Below are positions 33,976 to 46,559 of a stretch of 64,000 nucleotides of DNA, piece by piece. Positions within the stretch are counted from its first letter, which is position 1; each line of letters starts with the position of its first letter. The position numbers were made by a program, and so were the translations under genes. Origin of the DNA: Macrostomum lignano (Eukaryota); assembly GCA_002269645.1 (NCBI GenBank), contig NIVC01000070.1:868001-932000 (forward strand), given 5' to 3'. The notes below the pieces were generated by a model. The model was not told where the DNA came from, did no database searches, and saw nothing but the letters and a program-made list of their open reading frames with translations.

Positions 33976-34715
33976 TTCTAGCTGGCCTTACAGACGGTGT
34001 GGCGATACGAGGTATAACACTCGGTTTTGAAGTGCTGCTGAATATTTGATTGCCAGTCCTGCATGAGGCTATTATATAGTGTTTTAATTATACGCCCACA
34101 GAAGATTTGATTTCAAAGTTGCTATCGCTCCCAGCTGTCCCGATCCCATCGCTTGAAGTTATTTATCGCTTCTGTCAAACGGTCAGTACTTTGCCTTCCC
34201 CACCGGAACTAAACTGGTTTGATGTGTTCGGAGTTAAGCTTAATTCAATGTCATAAGAATCCGTTATCTCTTACCGCAGAAAAGGTTTGATACCACTTTT
34301 TCTGTCTGTGTAGGACATAACTAGCTGTCATATTGTACTGTATCTGCGACACCAGGTGTCAAACTGTACGCTTGAGTTCTGTCGGCTTATCAAAAACGAC
34401 AACTTTAAATGTAAATAATATTTTTGCTGTAGCAGAAAATATGCTGTAAAGAGTGATTAGAGGAGGGTGACAGTTTCCTCCGCAAAATGGTTAGAAGAGG
34501 GTTACAGTCTCCTCCATAAAATAACTAAAGGAGGCTGGCAGCCTCATCTGTAACATGGTTTGGTGAGATTTACGGACTCAGTTGCAGATTTATTAGAGGG
34601 TGACAGCTTGAACAGACTGTCTGCTGAATCACATTAGAGGTTATAATTGTTACTATTGTCGGGATCGTGCAAGTTCACGACAAGAGGAAAAAGTCGGCAC
34701 AGCGATCGAAAGTCG

Positions 34716-37323
34716 CTACAGCCTTGGCTGCACCAGCACCCAGCTAAAATTGTAGACCCCGGGCAGCAGGGTGTGGCTGACGTTGGCGCCGAACGACGCC
34801 CAGCTGAATGGCTTCAACCGACCGTCGTCGACTGTAGGACCACTGATGGCCCACACGCCGCTCTTGGTGCCACCCCGACTCAGCAAGTCGCTGCTGGTCA
34901 CTTTGGCATCGTAGCAACCGAATGCAGCAGGGGAATCTGCCGAACCTGATCGAGTCAGTAGGTCGCCCCGGCAGCAGAGGCACTTGCACGGGTCCCGCTC
35001 CGAGTACGGGTCCGTCCGGTACCGGCTCGATCGCATCAGCCGCCGCATGCCGTCCAGACTGCCGGCTTGATTAACCGCGTCGCGTCGCAGAATTTTAGCC
35101 CTCGGCGCCAGCTGGTAGGAATAGTCCAGGCCGAACTTTTTCACCACCTCCGGGTAGCCGCTGAGCTGATAAACGTCCTGGTGGAAAGGCACATTGTACG
35201 ACGGCCAGTAGCCAGTGCGTAGGATAGCGGTCTGATCTGAGTATCTGACCAAACCCGGAATCTGCTCAACAATGGTCAGAGCTCCATTATCAAGTGAAGC
35301 ATTGCGCTTGAACTTGTTTAAATCAACCAGCATGTACTGGTTGTTGTAGGTTCCGGAGTTGAATCTGGAGAACTGCTTGGCCCATTGTTGCCCGGTTTCA
35401 GCCAGCTGATTGGCTGCCCGAACTCGCTGCCAGGCCAGCAGGCTGCGAGGAGAAATGGATTTGAACAGCGTCTTATTGAACACGCTGTTGGTGGTCTGAA
35501 GCAGCAGCATGCGGTCATTCAGTACGTAGAACGCGTCCAGAGAAGCCAGGGTGCCGGGGTATCCGCCAAAAGATTGCCGGCCGCCAACGAAGCTGGTGTC
35601 ATTATCTAGGCGAAAATCGTAGTGCTTGAAGGAGCGTAGAGTAGCAGAGTAAGCGTTCCAGGTGTTGTGCGCTGCTAGCAGGTCCTCGAGGCCAGGTAGC
35701 AGACGTATCAGAGCCGTGCAGTGGCCCGTCCTGTATATTTGAAGTTTTTGTGATGCTCGTTACTTGACAACTTACAAATTCTTTCGGTCAATTCATCAAA
35801 CCAACTCAATGATTTTCAAAAGTTCCCAAAGCCCCTTGCAAACTGACTGACAGAGATGAGGTTAAATTTGTTTACATAATAAATCTTAGCTTGTGTGGCG
35901 ACTTGTCGATTCTTGCGAGAAAACTGTGCTTGGGTATGAAAATAAATAATAATTGAGTACACCTGCCCCAATTGGGCCAGATAGGCAACCGACAGCTCAG
36001 CCGCAGCTATTGCACGGCGCCTCTGAAGGCTACGTAAGGCTGTTCAGTCCAAGGACTGGGCCTCGTTCTTTTTACACTTGATAGAGGCAGTTAACTACCC
36101 TAGTTGACCATCTTACGAATTGTCTGACAAGATCTGACGATGACTTACAAAATCTTGGAAGATCTGAAAATATCTTCCAGGGGATCACCACACACCCTCA
36201 ATTACCCCAGCTAATGCCGGCACCCATTTTACAGCTGAGTGAACTGAAGCAAAACAGACTTAAGTGTCTTGCTCAAGGACACAAATTGTTCAGAGTGGGT
36301 TTTAACTGCTTTAGACCGTAAAGACGGTCTCTTACTGTGAAGACTCAATTTATTGAGGATGAGAAAGTCTGGTAGATCGGAAAGCGTCATTAATATACAC
36401 ATGTGTGCCTGCGTTTTTAGCGGTTCAAAGAGATGTGCATGCTTTAAATTGCCTCATAGCTGGCTACAGGTCGACTGGTTGTCAGGTGTTGCCACACCAG
36501 TGCCCCTGAAACGAAATCACTAAATAGGTAGTTCGAAAAGCACCTGCAGCTATCGACTCAAGCTTAAAGCCCCCTATAGTTCTATCAGTTTTGTTTACCT
36601 GGCCACAAACTGAGCGAACTGAGCCGGGCCCATCTGCTTCCAGTCGGGCCATCGATCGGTCAAGACGTTCAGCACGTCAGAAGAATCGGCAGCTGCGTTG
36701 ATGAAGTGCAGCACAAATTTGGGGCTCTGGCTGGTCGAAGCCAGGCTAAATCCGTTGATGAGGCCCTGAAACTGGGCAAGCAGGTAGCCGACATTTCGAG
36801 CCATAGCATCCTGAGGATTCGAGTCGGAGAAGTTCTGCGCCCAGTCAGCCTGCTCGTCGAGCCAGTCTCTGAGCCTTTCGGTCAGGTTTGCGTCCCCCTT
36901 CGGGATTATCGTGTCCGCCAGATTGACAAAGTGAGCTTCGATCCGATCCGACGTAAGCAGTCCCTCCACCAGGCCGGCGGCGAACATGGCTGCACGGTTC
37001 TTGTCTATGTAGTCCTGATCATTGTCGGTGTACGCGGCTGCGGCAGACACCGTCACCTCCAGCCTGTCCCAGCCAGTGGCGTTAACTCCATCTGCGAAGT
37101 AGCCAAAGGCGGTCGCGTTCGGGTCGATACAACCATCCCGGATGTAATAACCCTCGCCTGAGTAAAAGTACACGCTGAGACTTCGCAAAGTCTCGCCAGG
37201 TCCAACTGTGACATTCAAACAGCCGCTCGCATCGGCAACTCTCGGAGGAATTTCGCGACGAATTCTCGCGGAAAGAGCCGTTGTTGTTACAATGACCGTT
37301 GTTGCTAACCATAGCAGAAGCAT
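34716..37323 (-). CDS. PLBD1: Phospholipase B-like protein (Ntn hydrolase, PLBD1-like), about 579 aa
   Basis: Exons 37323-36599 and 35730-34716, phase-2 GT-AG intron. Signal peptide; ATGWDRLEV, AAMFAAGLVEGLLT; GHC-TALI (nucleophile Cys), AHNTW, LQTTNSVFNKTL, FNSGTYNNQYM, YWPSYNVPF, APRAKI, DAKVT, AISGPT. LQTTNSVFN favours PLBD1 over PLBD2. Confidence 0.93.
35995..36300 (-). mobile_element. SINE fragments: family-A 3' tail (35995-36090) and headless family-B CORE/tail (36181-36300) in the PLBD1 intron
   Basis: GGCTGTTCAGTCCAAGG and TAGAGGCAG shared with 23283-23360; GGCACCCATTTTACAGCTG..AAGTGTCTTGCTCAAGGACACAAATTG shared with the family-B copies. Confidence 0.72.
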
Positions 37324-39145
37324 GTTGAATTTTCTCTGCCTGTAGGAAACTGGCTATGATTTTGTTTTGGATGATTAGGTGTAAAGTATTCCGTTTTGAA
37401 ACCATTTACTTATAAACGGGCTAGCCAGCATTGCGTGCTAGATTTTCTAATTTGATATTTGACAAAAACTTTGGCACAGCAAAGCGGTCTGTGCTAAACC
37501 ACAGTTAAAAATTCCTGCAATTTCAGCTGCCATCAGCCTGAGGCAGTATTGACCGGACGTGGCACTCTGAGATGGTAGATCGCGACAAGAATAATCTGCA
37601 ACGACACGTAAAGGCCAGAAAGCACGGGCACCAGATCCGATTGGATAAACAATAAGCACCGGCCCACGTGTTTACCTTGGCCTAGGAGTAATGGGAGTAA
37701 TAGGAGTAATGGGAGTAATAGGAGTAAGAGGAGTAAGAGGACACTCCGTCTCAGTTTCCAACCTCTTCAGTCAGTGAGCCGAGCGCTTTCATTTTGTCTG
37801 GTAATTCTTTTTCGCGCGGCTAATGCTAAACTTAGGCATATACAGGTCCATGCAGGCTCACGGAGCTCCCCCCCCCGGGACAGAGCAGACCAGAATTCAT
37901 TACTGCTGCATAAACAGTTGGTTAAAAATCCACTGGGGAAATGTTTGCTTATGCACTTTTATGCGCTGAAAAGAAGCCTTTACTATAGAAGCGCTTATGA
38001 CTCTGAACGCTTTTGCATAGCGTCTTTGCACTTAAAAATAGTGTTCAGCAGAAGGCTCCTAAACCTTTGTCTCTACACAAATTTTTTCTCTTAAATTCCT
38101 TTTTGAGACAGAGAATGGTGTTGCCCCCTCCCACATCATCTACTCTGACTTGCTGATTAAGAAGTAAGGCTTAAATTCTACGACAATGGCTTGGGAAAGC
38201 CAAGGCAACGCTTGAAGCGCCACTCATATTCTGACAAAGCAGCACAAGGCGTGGGCTATTGCTCCACCGGAATGCAAAAAGCTAAGCTGACAAGTCTAAT
38301 AGAAGCAAAAAATGTACCACGTTCCCTTTCCCAGCGGCCCAAACCTGCCTGCCAACTCACCTGACGACCTCAAACCGCATGCGTGGGCAGCAGCGCTCTT
38401 CCTTCCTACAGTTGCAGACTGACCAACCAATGAAAACTTCGCTGATAAAGCTAACAGGCTGAACGTTAGAACTTGGCTTTCTCTAGAGGAGCAAAAGGAA
38501 ATAAAAGAGAGAGAGAGAAGCGCAGAAACGCAGGCGGGCACAATTTCATCGCCTATAATGTTGCATTGTGAGCAAGATGATTTGGTCAGTTGCTTGCAGC
38601 CCTGGACATCGGTAAGTTCGCCCAACTGTTTATTAAAACTTTTGGTATTAAAAAACAGCCCTATGCACAACATGGCGTACACAAGGACTACTTAAGTAAC
38701 ATATATATCTACTTAAGTTGTCCTTGGGCGTACACTTGCACATGCACTGTGCCTGCAGCCTTGACTTTACAAAGGAATTTGCTTGAGATGGTAAAGTGAC
38801 GAAAGAGAGAGAGTTAAGTGCACATACACACGAGTGAACGTGAAGGAATACCATTGTTTAGCAATTTGACGATCATTATTCACATTTTTAATGCAGAACA
38901 ATCCATTACTACAAACAATGCATTGTCTGTAGGATCGGCAAACAGAAAAACAATGCAAAGAATCAGCGGTCGCAGCACGTGACAACGATTTGTCTATGGC
39001 TCGCGCCTACCGGCGCTCGCCAGACAATCGTTGTCACGCACTGGGACCACTGATTATTTATCCATTGTTGGATGAGTCATCGTGCAGCAATGCGCCTAAT
39101 GCTTTCCCAGTGAGATTTTACCACAGACAATGCTTGCTCAATAGG

Positions 39146-39249
39146 CGGGTTTTCTTGCTTAAATGTCTATGGCTAAGAGTGCGCGGCACAGAGAATCGCC
39201 CCTAATCCACGCGCACTCGTAGCCATAGACATTTAAACAAGAAAAGCCG
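39146..39249. repeat. Inverted repeat, 36-bp arms (2 mismatches), 24-nt loop
   Basis: 39150-39185 pairs with 39210-39245; no target-site duplication seen. Confidence 0.9.
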
Positions 39250-39513
39250 ATTTTTGAGAAAAGCACGAATTTAAATGCACAGGAATCTTAACATCTCGCT
39301 GATTCTCAGGCACATTGTAGTTTTTTGCGAATGGGGGGGGCAAAAACTTTTGAATAAAACCAATTTTTTTTCTTTTTTGCTGACCAAACATAAATACCTA
39401 AGACATACTGAGCTGCTAACGAATTGAACACGGTTACATCATTACCGATTTATTACACTCATGAAATAAGCCCTCCACCCACACACACACTCTATCTCTA
39501 TCTCTATTTGCAG

Positions 39514-40450
39514 TCGTCGGAGATTCGACAATTTCGTTCGCAAAGCAATCCTAGCCATCTTGTTGCTAGCGCTGCTGCTTGTTACCATGGCAACTAGAGG
39601 GCCAGTATGGCGGACAGGTCTGACAACGACACGTCGAAAGGTGGCGCAGCAGTCGCCGCAGCCAAAAGTGCAACTGTCCGCCCAGGACTTCGCTACGGCT
39701 CTTGACGCAATGGGCGTAGAATTTATTCCACCAATTTTGCACCTGTTCGAGGCTTCTCAGTCGCTTCCAGAAGCTCTAAACTTGTCTCCGCAGGACCGCT
39801 CGCGTCTGCTGGTCGTATTCAACTGGACCCGGCCGAGTCTGCGGCACGTCACTCGGCTGCACTTTCCGCAGCACGAGTTCATGCTAGAGCGAGTGTTTCT
39901 CTCGGACAGCTTTGACAATAAAGAAAAGCTGAAGATGCAGGCAACCTTTGCCAGTCTGTTGGCCCTGTCTGCTTGCGGCGGAGTGGCGCTCAGTCCTGAA
40001 TCCAGCCTGCCTTCGCTGCGGACTGTCTCGCTGCTGACGGTAAGCGGCAATGTCGCTGTCGCGTCTCTGAATTCTGGAGGACAACCGGACGGGCGGTTGC
40101 TGGCTGCCGGTCGGCAGCATCCGCTGCTGCGTCTGTGGCTGCGGGATCTGTACCTGAACTATCTCCGGGTGAGTAGGCAGCGAGCAAACGCTGGCTCCAG
40201 TGCGCTGATCGGTGCGGATTATCTCGGCAGAGGCTTGAAGAAGCACCGGCAAAGCAGCGGCGTCAAGAGGAACAGTACGGTGAAGGACGTGATTCTGCTA
40301 AGACTGGACGGTCAGTCAGTGCAGCTTCCGGTTCAGCCGCATCAGCATCAAAGACAACAGCCGGTTGTTCAAGGACCGCAGTTGCCGCTTTCGAGCCGAG
40401 TGGTGGCCGATCCCACAGATCTGCTTGAGGCTTGTCTGCCGCAAAGTTGA
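39514..40450 (+). CDS. Type II membrane GT32 (alpha-1,4-glycosyltransferase)-like protein lacking DXD; start exon not identified
   Basis: Strong acceptor TCTCTATTTGCAG at 39513, then an open frame RRRFDNFVRKAILAILLLALLLVTMA (basic tail plus TM), IPPILHLF, LLALSACGGVALS, RQHPLLRLWLRDLYLNY, IGADYLGRGLKKH, collinear with GT32 motifs. Family call is by eye. Confidence 0.6.
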
Positions 40451-40799
40451 ACGAAAGTAGCTGTCGAGTATCAAAAAAAGTTTTTTAAATATGTGAATTT
40501 TCCTCGAAATAGTAAAACTAACGACACGTCTTCTTTTGGTTAAAAATTTACCAAGCTTTCACTTAAGCTATATTTCAGTTTTGATTGTGATAATAATTGT
40601 CTCAACAAATTTTTACTAGCGCTCTTTTGGACACAATCTACTTATTGTGGTGATGACAGACAGTAGCTTTCAAGACTTTACCTCAAAAAAAAATTAAACA
40701 GCACGAAACCAGCAAATAACAACGCGAAAATTTTCCTATCCGTATTGGCATCGCGTTTTTATCACGAGCTCGCACCAGCTCGGCTTTTCCCTAATTAGG

Positions 40800-41000
40800 T
40801 CAGTCCGCGACACTCCGGACTTCCCGACGTCCGCGAGAATCTGCGGCATCTCACCGCAGACTTGCGTCTAGCAGTCCCTGACAGACCTCGAGAGAAGCGG
40901 CGCTGTTCGGGGTGATGGTTGAGACTCTCCTGCTGTACAACGCCAAGATTCTGACGCTGACAGACTTGCAGGTTGACTTTGGGCACGCTGTAACTTTTGC
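40800..41000 (+). mobile_element. Degenerate non-LTR retrotransposon (RTE-like) ORF fragment downstream of the RT domain
   Basis: LPDVRENLR ... LFGVMVETLLLYNAKILTLTD resembles the RTE motif LFxAxVExVLLYxxExWTLT; frameshifted and truncated. Confidence 0.45.
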
Positions 41001-41937
41001 GTGATGCGATGTGACGGCTTGATGATCTACAGAAGATCTGCTTCAAGATCGAGTGAGTCTTGAATGGGATGGAATCGTTCACAGACTCCGGCTTCTGTGC
41101 GTTTTTCAGAGATCTATAGTTTAGTAAAGCTTGAAAAGTGGACACAAACCCATTAAAACCATCTGTACTTACAATAGTACGCCTTTATTATATCTAGTTC
41201 CTAGCAGCGACCAATCCTACTGTTAGTAGGGCTTGTATAAAAAAGTCGTTTCTATTTTTTTGCAGATAAAAGTTCGTTCACAAGGCCAGAAAGCCACACC
41301 GCAATGAAGTATGAGTACAAATCACTTCGTTGATCACACAGACAATTGTCTCGTTTGTTCGTTTAGCTGCCCAGCGTGACTTCTGGTGATCGCTCTGCTT
41401 TCTGCTCCGGAATTTTTCGAATAGAAGCGGGGCAAATATGTTGACGCCAAACCAAATGCATGGAGGGGAGCTTAGCGGCAAATCTTGGGGTCAACAATAA
41501 GTAGATGATGATATTGGCGAGTCGTAATGGGAGATGACAAGCAAACTTTAGGGGATAATTTTGTCTTCATCACGCGCGTGATGCGTGATCGTGACCTTGA
41601 ACTGTCCTTGAGCTGCCCGAGTAATGTCACATGTCCAGCTGTGATTTGATTTGCTTATAAAATGGGGTGGGTGCGCAGCTTAGGGGAGACCAAAATGAGA
41701 ACTGACGTGATTTTCAGAGAAAATAGCATGAGATGGTGGGAGATAGGTTAGGAGTGAAAGCATTGGGTGGCCGTAGAGGGTGACCCAGTCGATGAGTCAT
41801 CGGGGGTAGGAATCTGGATATCCAGGATCGAGCAAGCTAGGGTGCAATAACATTAACATTTTTGTGTGGCTAGAGACCGCTGCGTCACGTCAGTTGCTTA
41901 CGTCGATTGCTCCTAACCAAAAGTTGTAAACTTAGCT

Positions 41938-42115
41938 CAGGGACTACTCAAACACCGGGACGGGAAACTAAAATTTTTTACGAGGCTGGCTGGCAATTAT
42001 TTTCATTAGAGAGATGCTGTGTTACTTTGTTGTCTATGGTTATTTTCTACTGCTGATGATAGACCAGCCTCGTAAAAAATTCTAGTTTCCCGTCCCGGTG
42101 TTTGAGTAGTCCCTG
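41938..42115. mobile_element. hAT-type MITE, 178 bp, 52-bp TIRs, 8-bp TSD
   Basis: TIRs 41938-41989 and 42064-42115 match 51/52 and start CAGGG; perfect direct repeat ACTTAGCT at 41930-41937 and 42116-42123. Confidence 0.92.
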
Positions 42116-44785
42116 ACTTAGCTATAAATATACCTAAAATCAGTCTGGTTGACTAAGAGAGGATTTTGAATGCCTATGTGACTGGCGGCTTAGCGTTTGA
42201 TGTTCGTGGGTTGAACCGAATTGATAGCGAAAAAATAGAATTTCCTGGTGATTTCAGTTTTTATTCTATTGTGAATATGAAATTCTAAGGCGTCTCGAAC
42301 AGAGAGAAGAAGAGAGTCGGACCTGCGTAAAGACGTCTACCCTCGTATGTTCAAAAAGTGCAGCTCTGCGTTTCCGCTCTCTTTTGCGGGAGAGACATGA
42401 AATCGAGTTTATGGCACAGAATAAATACAGAAGAATTACGGTAGCTATGGTAGAAGTTCTATTTGAGTAATATCACAAATTGTTAATAAATTGTTAACAT
42501 TTGTTAATAAATTTCATGCTTTTAGCAGCATATTTAAATCGAACCTGCGGTACCCAGCGTAAGTTCTTTGAGCAATTTGATTCCGCTGTCTCCATCGACA
42601 TAGTCCAACGCTCGCAAATGGCATTTCCCAATATGCTTTTTGACCCCGACTATCGAGGGGAGGAAGTGCGCGATAAAAGCCGGGGCTCGAGGAGCATCAC
42701 TCGAGTTCGGAGGCAGGAAGAGAGATCGAGCAGTAGGAGATGAAGCTCAAATTTTATCTCGGGAATGCATGCATATAATGTGCGATACATATAGCCGTCA
42801 GATTTGCTAGGAAAATCCGCCCCAGAGTAGGAAAGCCTGATCGAGATGCTCGAGTGAGATCCGACGGTCAAGAAGAGGGTCAGGAAGATTGAGCAGAGAT
42901 GGAATGCCGACGACAAGCCCAGAGTTGCGTTCGCCCTTCTCAATCAATTTTTCCCTCTCTCCAGCTTGCCAGCAAAGCTATTCGTCAATAAATTTATCCA
43001 ATTTATTTATCCCGTCAGTTTTCTGACAAATCCCATGTTTCCTCTGCGGAGACTGCTTGCTTGTAAGTTGTAGTGCTAAAGCTAAAGGCTTTATTTTGCT
43101 CTCTATGTATGTACTTCTGCTGCATAAACCCTTTTACACAATCATTACCGGCAGTGAGAAGACTTAGCACTCTAAGTTGAACAATTCCTGCACAAGTTGA
43201 TCGAGGATGCAGGACACTGGCAGTGGCGCAACGCTTTCAGTGACAGCGCCCCACAACCAGCGGTGAGCACGGATAACTACCGCATGCTCATCGTTTACCG
43301 TATCGTTTACTCATGCACACGCTCACACGGGGTGTACAGTCACAGGCATGCAATCGTCAGGCATGTACACTCGATCCAGGATCTTTAGCATCGCTACATG
43401 CATCCTGGTGTGGAGAAAATAATAATAATAAACTAGAGAATGTTATATTGGAGTTAAATTGAACGCTAAGAGAAAGAGCAGTAAGTGAGCGCAGGGCCCA
43501 AACCGATATATTTATAGAACACTAACTTAGTTCAGGGGGTTGACTCCCGTATAATAAAATGAGGGGTGGAGTGCGCGACTAAAGAGGGAGGCGAGAATGG
43601 AGAGCCAATCAGAAGGCAGCAAGGGAGAGAGATAAGAATAACAAGCTTAGACAGAGAGAGAGAGAGAGAAAAAAAAATAGAGTAAACAGAGACAAGTGAA
43701 AGTGAACTAAAGAAATGGCTAGGAAATTCGCGACACCTGAAGAACCGATGCGCAAGAAATGAAATGCAGTATAGGTTAGTATAGTTAAAGCGAGACTTGG
43801 ACCCTACAAAACAGGTGCAGTCAGATAAGCCAACCCTGATTTATTTTCAATAATGAACTCCTTTCGATAGATTGCAGTTCCTGCGAAGACAGTTAGCAAG
43901 CACTGGAACGCGCTGATTCACCAGGCTAATGCATGGTCAGTACGAATAAAAGCTCCTGTGACGAATGCAAAGAGGCCAGTCATCGGTCATCGGCAGTCAG
44001 TGTTGGACCTTTCGCTCATGCCTATTTCTGGTATGCATATGGCTATAGGCATGCACTGTGTCTGGTCTCTATTGGATTAGACCCGGTCGAATAGCGCCCA
44101 GGCCTCGTAAAAGCTCTTTTCCTGCTTTCGCGATTCTGCCTGCCAAAGCTTCGTCCTGCCATTTGCCCCGAAACCCGAAAATCCCCTCTCCACATGGCCG
44201 GCCGCTCAATACATTTCTGCGGTCGGGTGAGCGCGAGAGAGAGAGCGAGAGACAGACCGGCCCGAAGAGAGAGAGAGAGGAGAATCGTGTTGCAATGTCG
44301 GTGGCCTGTTGCACACGCGCGTGCCCAGACGCTGTGCCGAGACCAAAAATTCCCAAAGCCTCTTTTGCCATCTCGGTCTGTAAGCCCAAGCTTTATATGC
44401 GCTAGGCGAGGGGAGAGCTGCGGATGGCGGAGAAGGGAAAGAGGAATGGGGGATGAAAAGAGGAGGGCTCGAATGAAGGCTGGGATTTCCTGTAGCGAGC
44501 CGGCAGCGCATATGTGGCTTGCTGCGCGGCTGTCCCCCCCCCTGTCTGTTTGCCACGCAGCAAAGCAAAACACGCAAGCACCAAATTATACAGCACAGCT
44601 GGAAGCAAAAAACGCTCAAGGATCGAAGGAGACAGACAGACAGACAGGAAAGAGGAATACAGTTTTTGTAGATAAAAGCGGTCCTTGCTTGAACGAGCAA
44701 AGCTTTAAACTGAAATCGCGAAGGAATACAATTTACTGCTGAGCGGTCGCCACATAGAACTAGGCAGGATAAGCTCGTGCTAGTG

Positions 44786-45885
44786 ATGACGCGAGCCATT
44801 GGAGACGTGGATCAAAACCAACTGGACGCTATCGTGGCATCCGAGACAAACCGTCTCGTGCTACGCGATGGCAGCTCCAGCAGCAACGGTGCGAGACCGC
44901 ATCATTCTCCGCCTGGGCCTGTTGTTTCTGGGCCAGCTGAGACTTCGGCGACATCAGCGGCTGAAGCTCTAGCTCCGGGCATCGTGGGAGCGGTGGCTTT
45001 TTTCGCGGTGATGTTTGCTCTGGTGGCAGCGTATTGGCGCTGCGGTCGTCTCGATGACGATCGACGCAGACGAATTCGACGTCGATGCCCGCGCACACCG
45101 GCTGTGGCCAGCGAGACCGAGGGTGGCGGCTGTCGGATTATAATTAACCCGTTGGAAGAGGAGATTGAGGTTCGCTTCACGTCAGTGGCTTTGATACTTT
45201 GTTTTCATTGCAGTTTACACGCAATAAAAGGTCATAGCAACAAAATGCGTACTTATGTCGTAGCTACCATCATAATCCTAACAGCTACCAAAGGCCCGTT
45301 TTTGTTACTAAATAAGTAGTAATAGTAATCTTAACCTTGTATTTCCAACTTATGAGTTGCAAATGAAGCAATTAAACGTTTTGGTCAGGATGCGTACCTC
45401 AGAAGTCTGTGACAATCGCACATATTGAAGTATGACTTTAACTTCGCCAATTCCACCAGATGAAGCCTAGAGCTCCGGGTGTCCAACCGGGACTGACAAA
45501 GTTGTCAAGCCGCCGCCAGCACTCCAAAAACGTCGACAATCAGGACGACGCGAGTGACGACTTCGACGATCTTGCTTCGTTGCTATCATCTTCGACATCC
45601 TCCAGAAGTAGCTGCGACGGCGACAGCAGCAGCGGAGAAGACGAGGAAGTCGACGCGAACTGCGAGCAGTGCCGTCGGGAGGCTCGGCTGGCCAGCCCGG
45701 AGGAGGCGGCGGCTGACAGCGAAGAGGAGGAGGACGACGAAGACTGCTGCTTTGATGCGACCGATCACGACATCGGGTTCGCCGACGAGGATGAAGATGA
45801 GGTCGCTGCTGATGAAGCTGATGGCATCGTGGATGATGCAGCTGGATCTGAGTCTGTTCGGCTGATTCGTGGCGGGGCCTGCTAG
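44786..45885 (+). CDS. Hypothetical single-pass membrane protein with acidic C-terminal tail, about 269 aa
   Basis: Exons 44786-45169 and 45460-45885 joined by a phase-0 intron (GAG|gttcgc ... ttccaccag|ATG). Hydrophobic helix GIVGAVAFFAVMFALVAAYW followed by an Arg cluster; D/E-rich tail; GC-rich codon style like neighbouring genes. The start may lie further upstream. Confidence 0.55.
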
Positions 45886-46559
45886 ACTGCGGAGTTGCAG
45901 TGACTCCGGCAAACCTGCGCGCTTGTACACTAAAATGTATTAATTAGATTTGAAAATATTAACAATTATTAAAAACTGAAAGTCCAAAATTATTTTCTGT
46001 GTCGGTTACAAGTTGACCAATTTGATCTAAACAAAGTTCATCCTTTGATGCTTGAGGAGACTAAAACGTTATATACGCTTTCTAATAAGCTTGTTTAATA
46101 TTGAAATGCGCGTTATTTTAGTACTGTATTCAGCTATCAAATTGTTACAACCACTAAGTAGCCCAAATGTTGGCACTATTCGCTAGATTTTAGCCATTTG
46201 CTTTTATAAAGAATACCAAGCCAGCCCATTTTCGTATTTTCGAAAACAAAATAAACTTTTTATTTATCTACGCTTAAACGTCCAGATATATGCCTGCCCT
46301 ACTACTTGCAGGTCTCTACGATGCAAAATTTAATATACGCTCGTAAACAACCGGCTCAGTTTAATGCAAAGAGGACTTCTCTTAGTATGAGATGAATTAT
46401 ACATGTAAGTTCGGCAGGAAAAATGGAAGAAAGTTACATTTTAAATCCATTAGTTGTCTTCCGTGGAGGCTTTGCTGGACACTATGATCCTAATCGACTT
46501 TCGACAGAAGATGTAGAGGAATTTTTCGATAAGGACTAACTCAGTATGACCCGAACTTC

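Noticed and set aside
31008-34049. ORFs encoding MHQVGESLPLW or PPQPTL repeats near astacin-2
   Set aside because: They are intronic minisatellites; the astacin exons splice around them in phase.
38580-38650. FGQLLAALDIGKFAQLF as a SAM-domain start
   Set aside because: Too short, preceded by a stop, no supporting splice structure.
42500-42950. Possible LINE reverse-transcriptase relic on the minus strand (LLDRRISLEHLDQAF)
   Set aside because: Similarity is limited to one short motif; no recognisable RT core.
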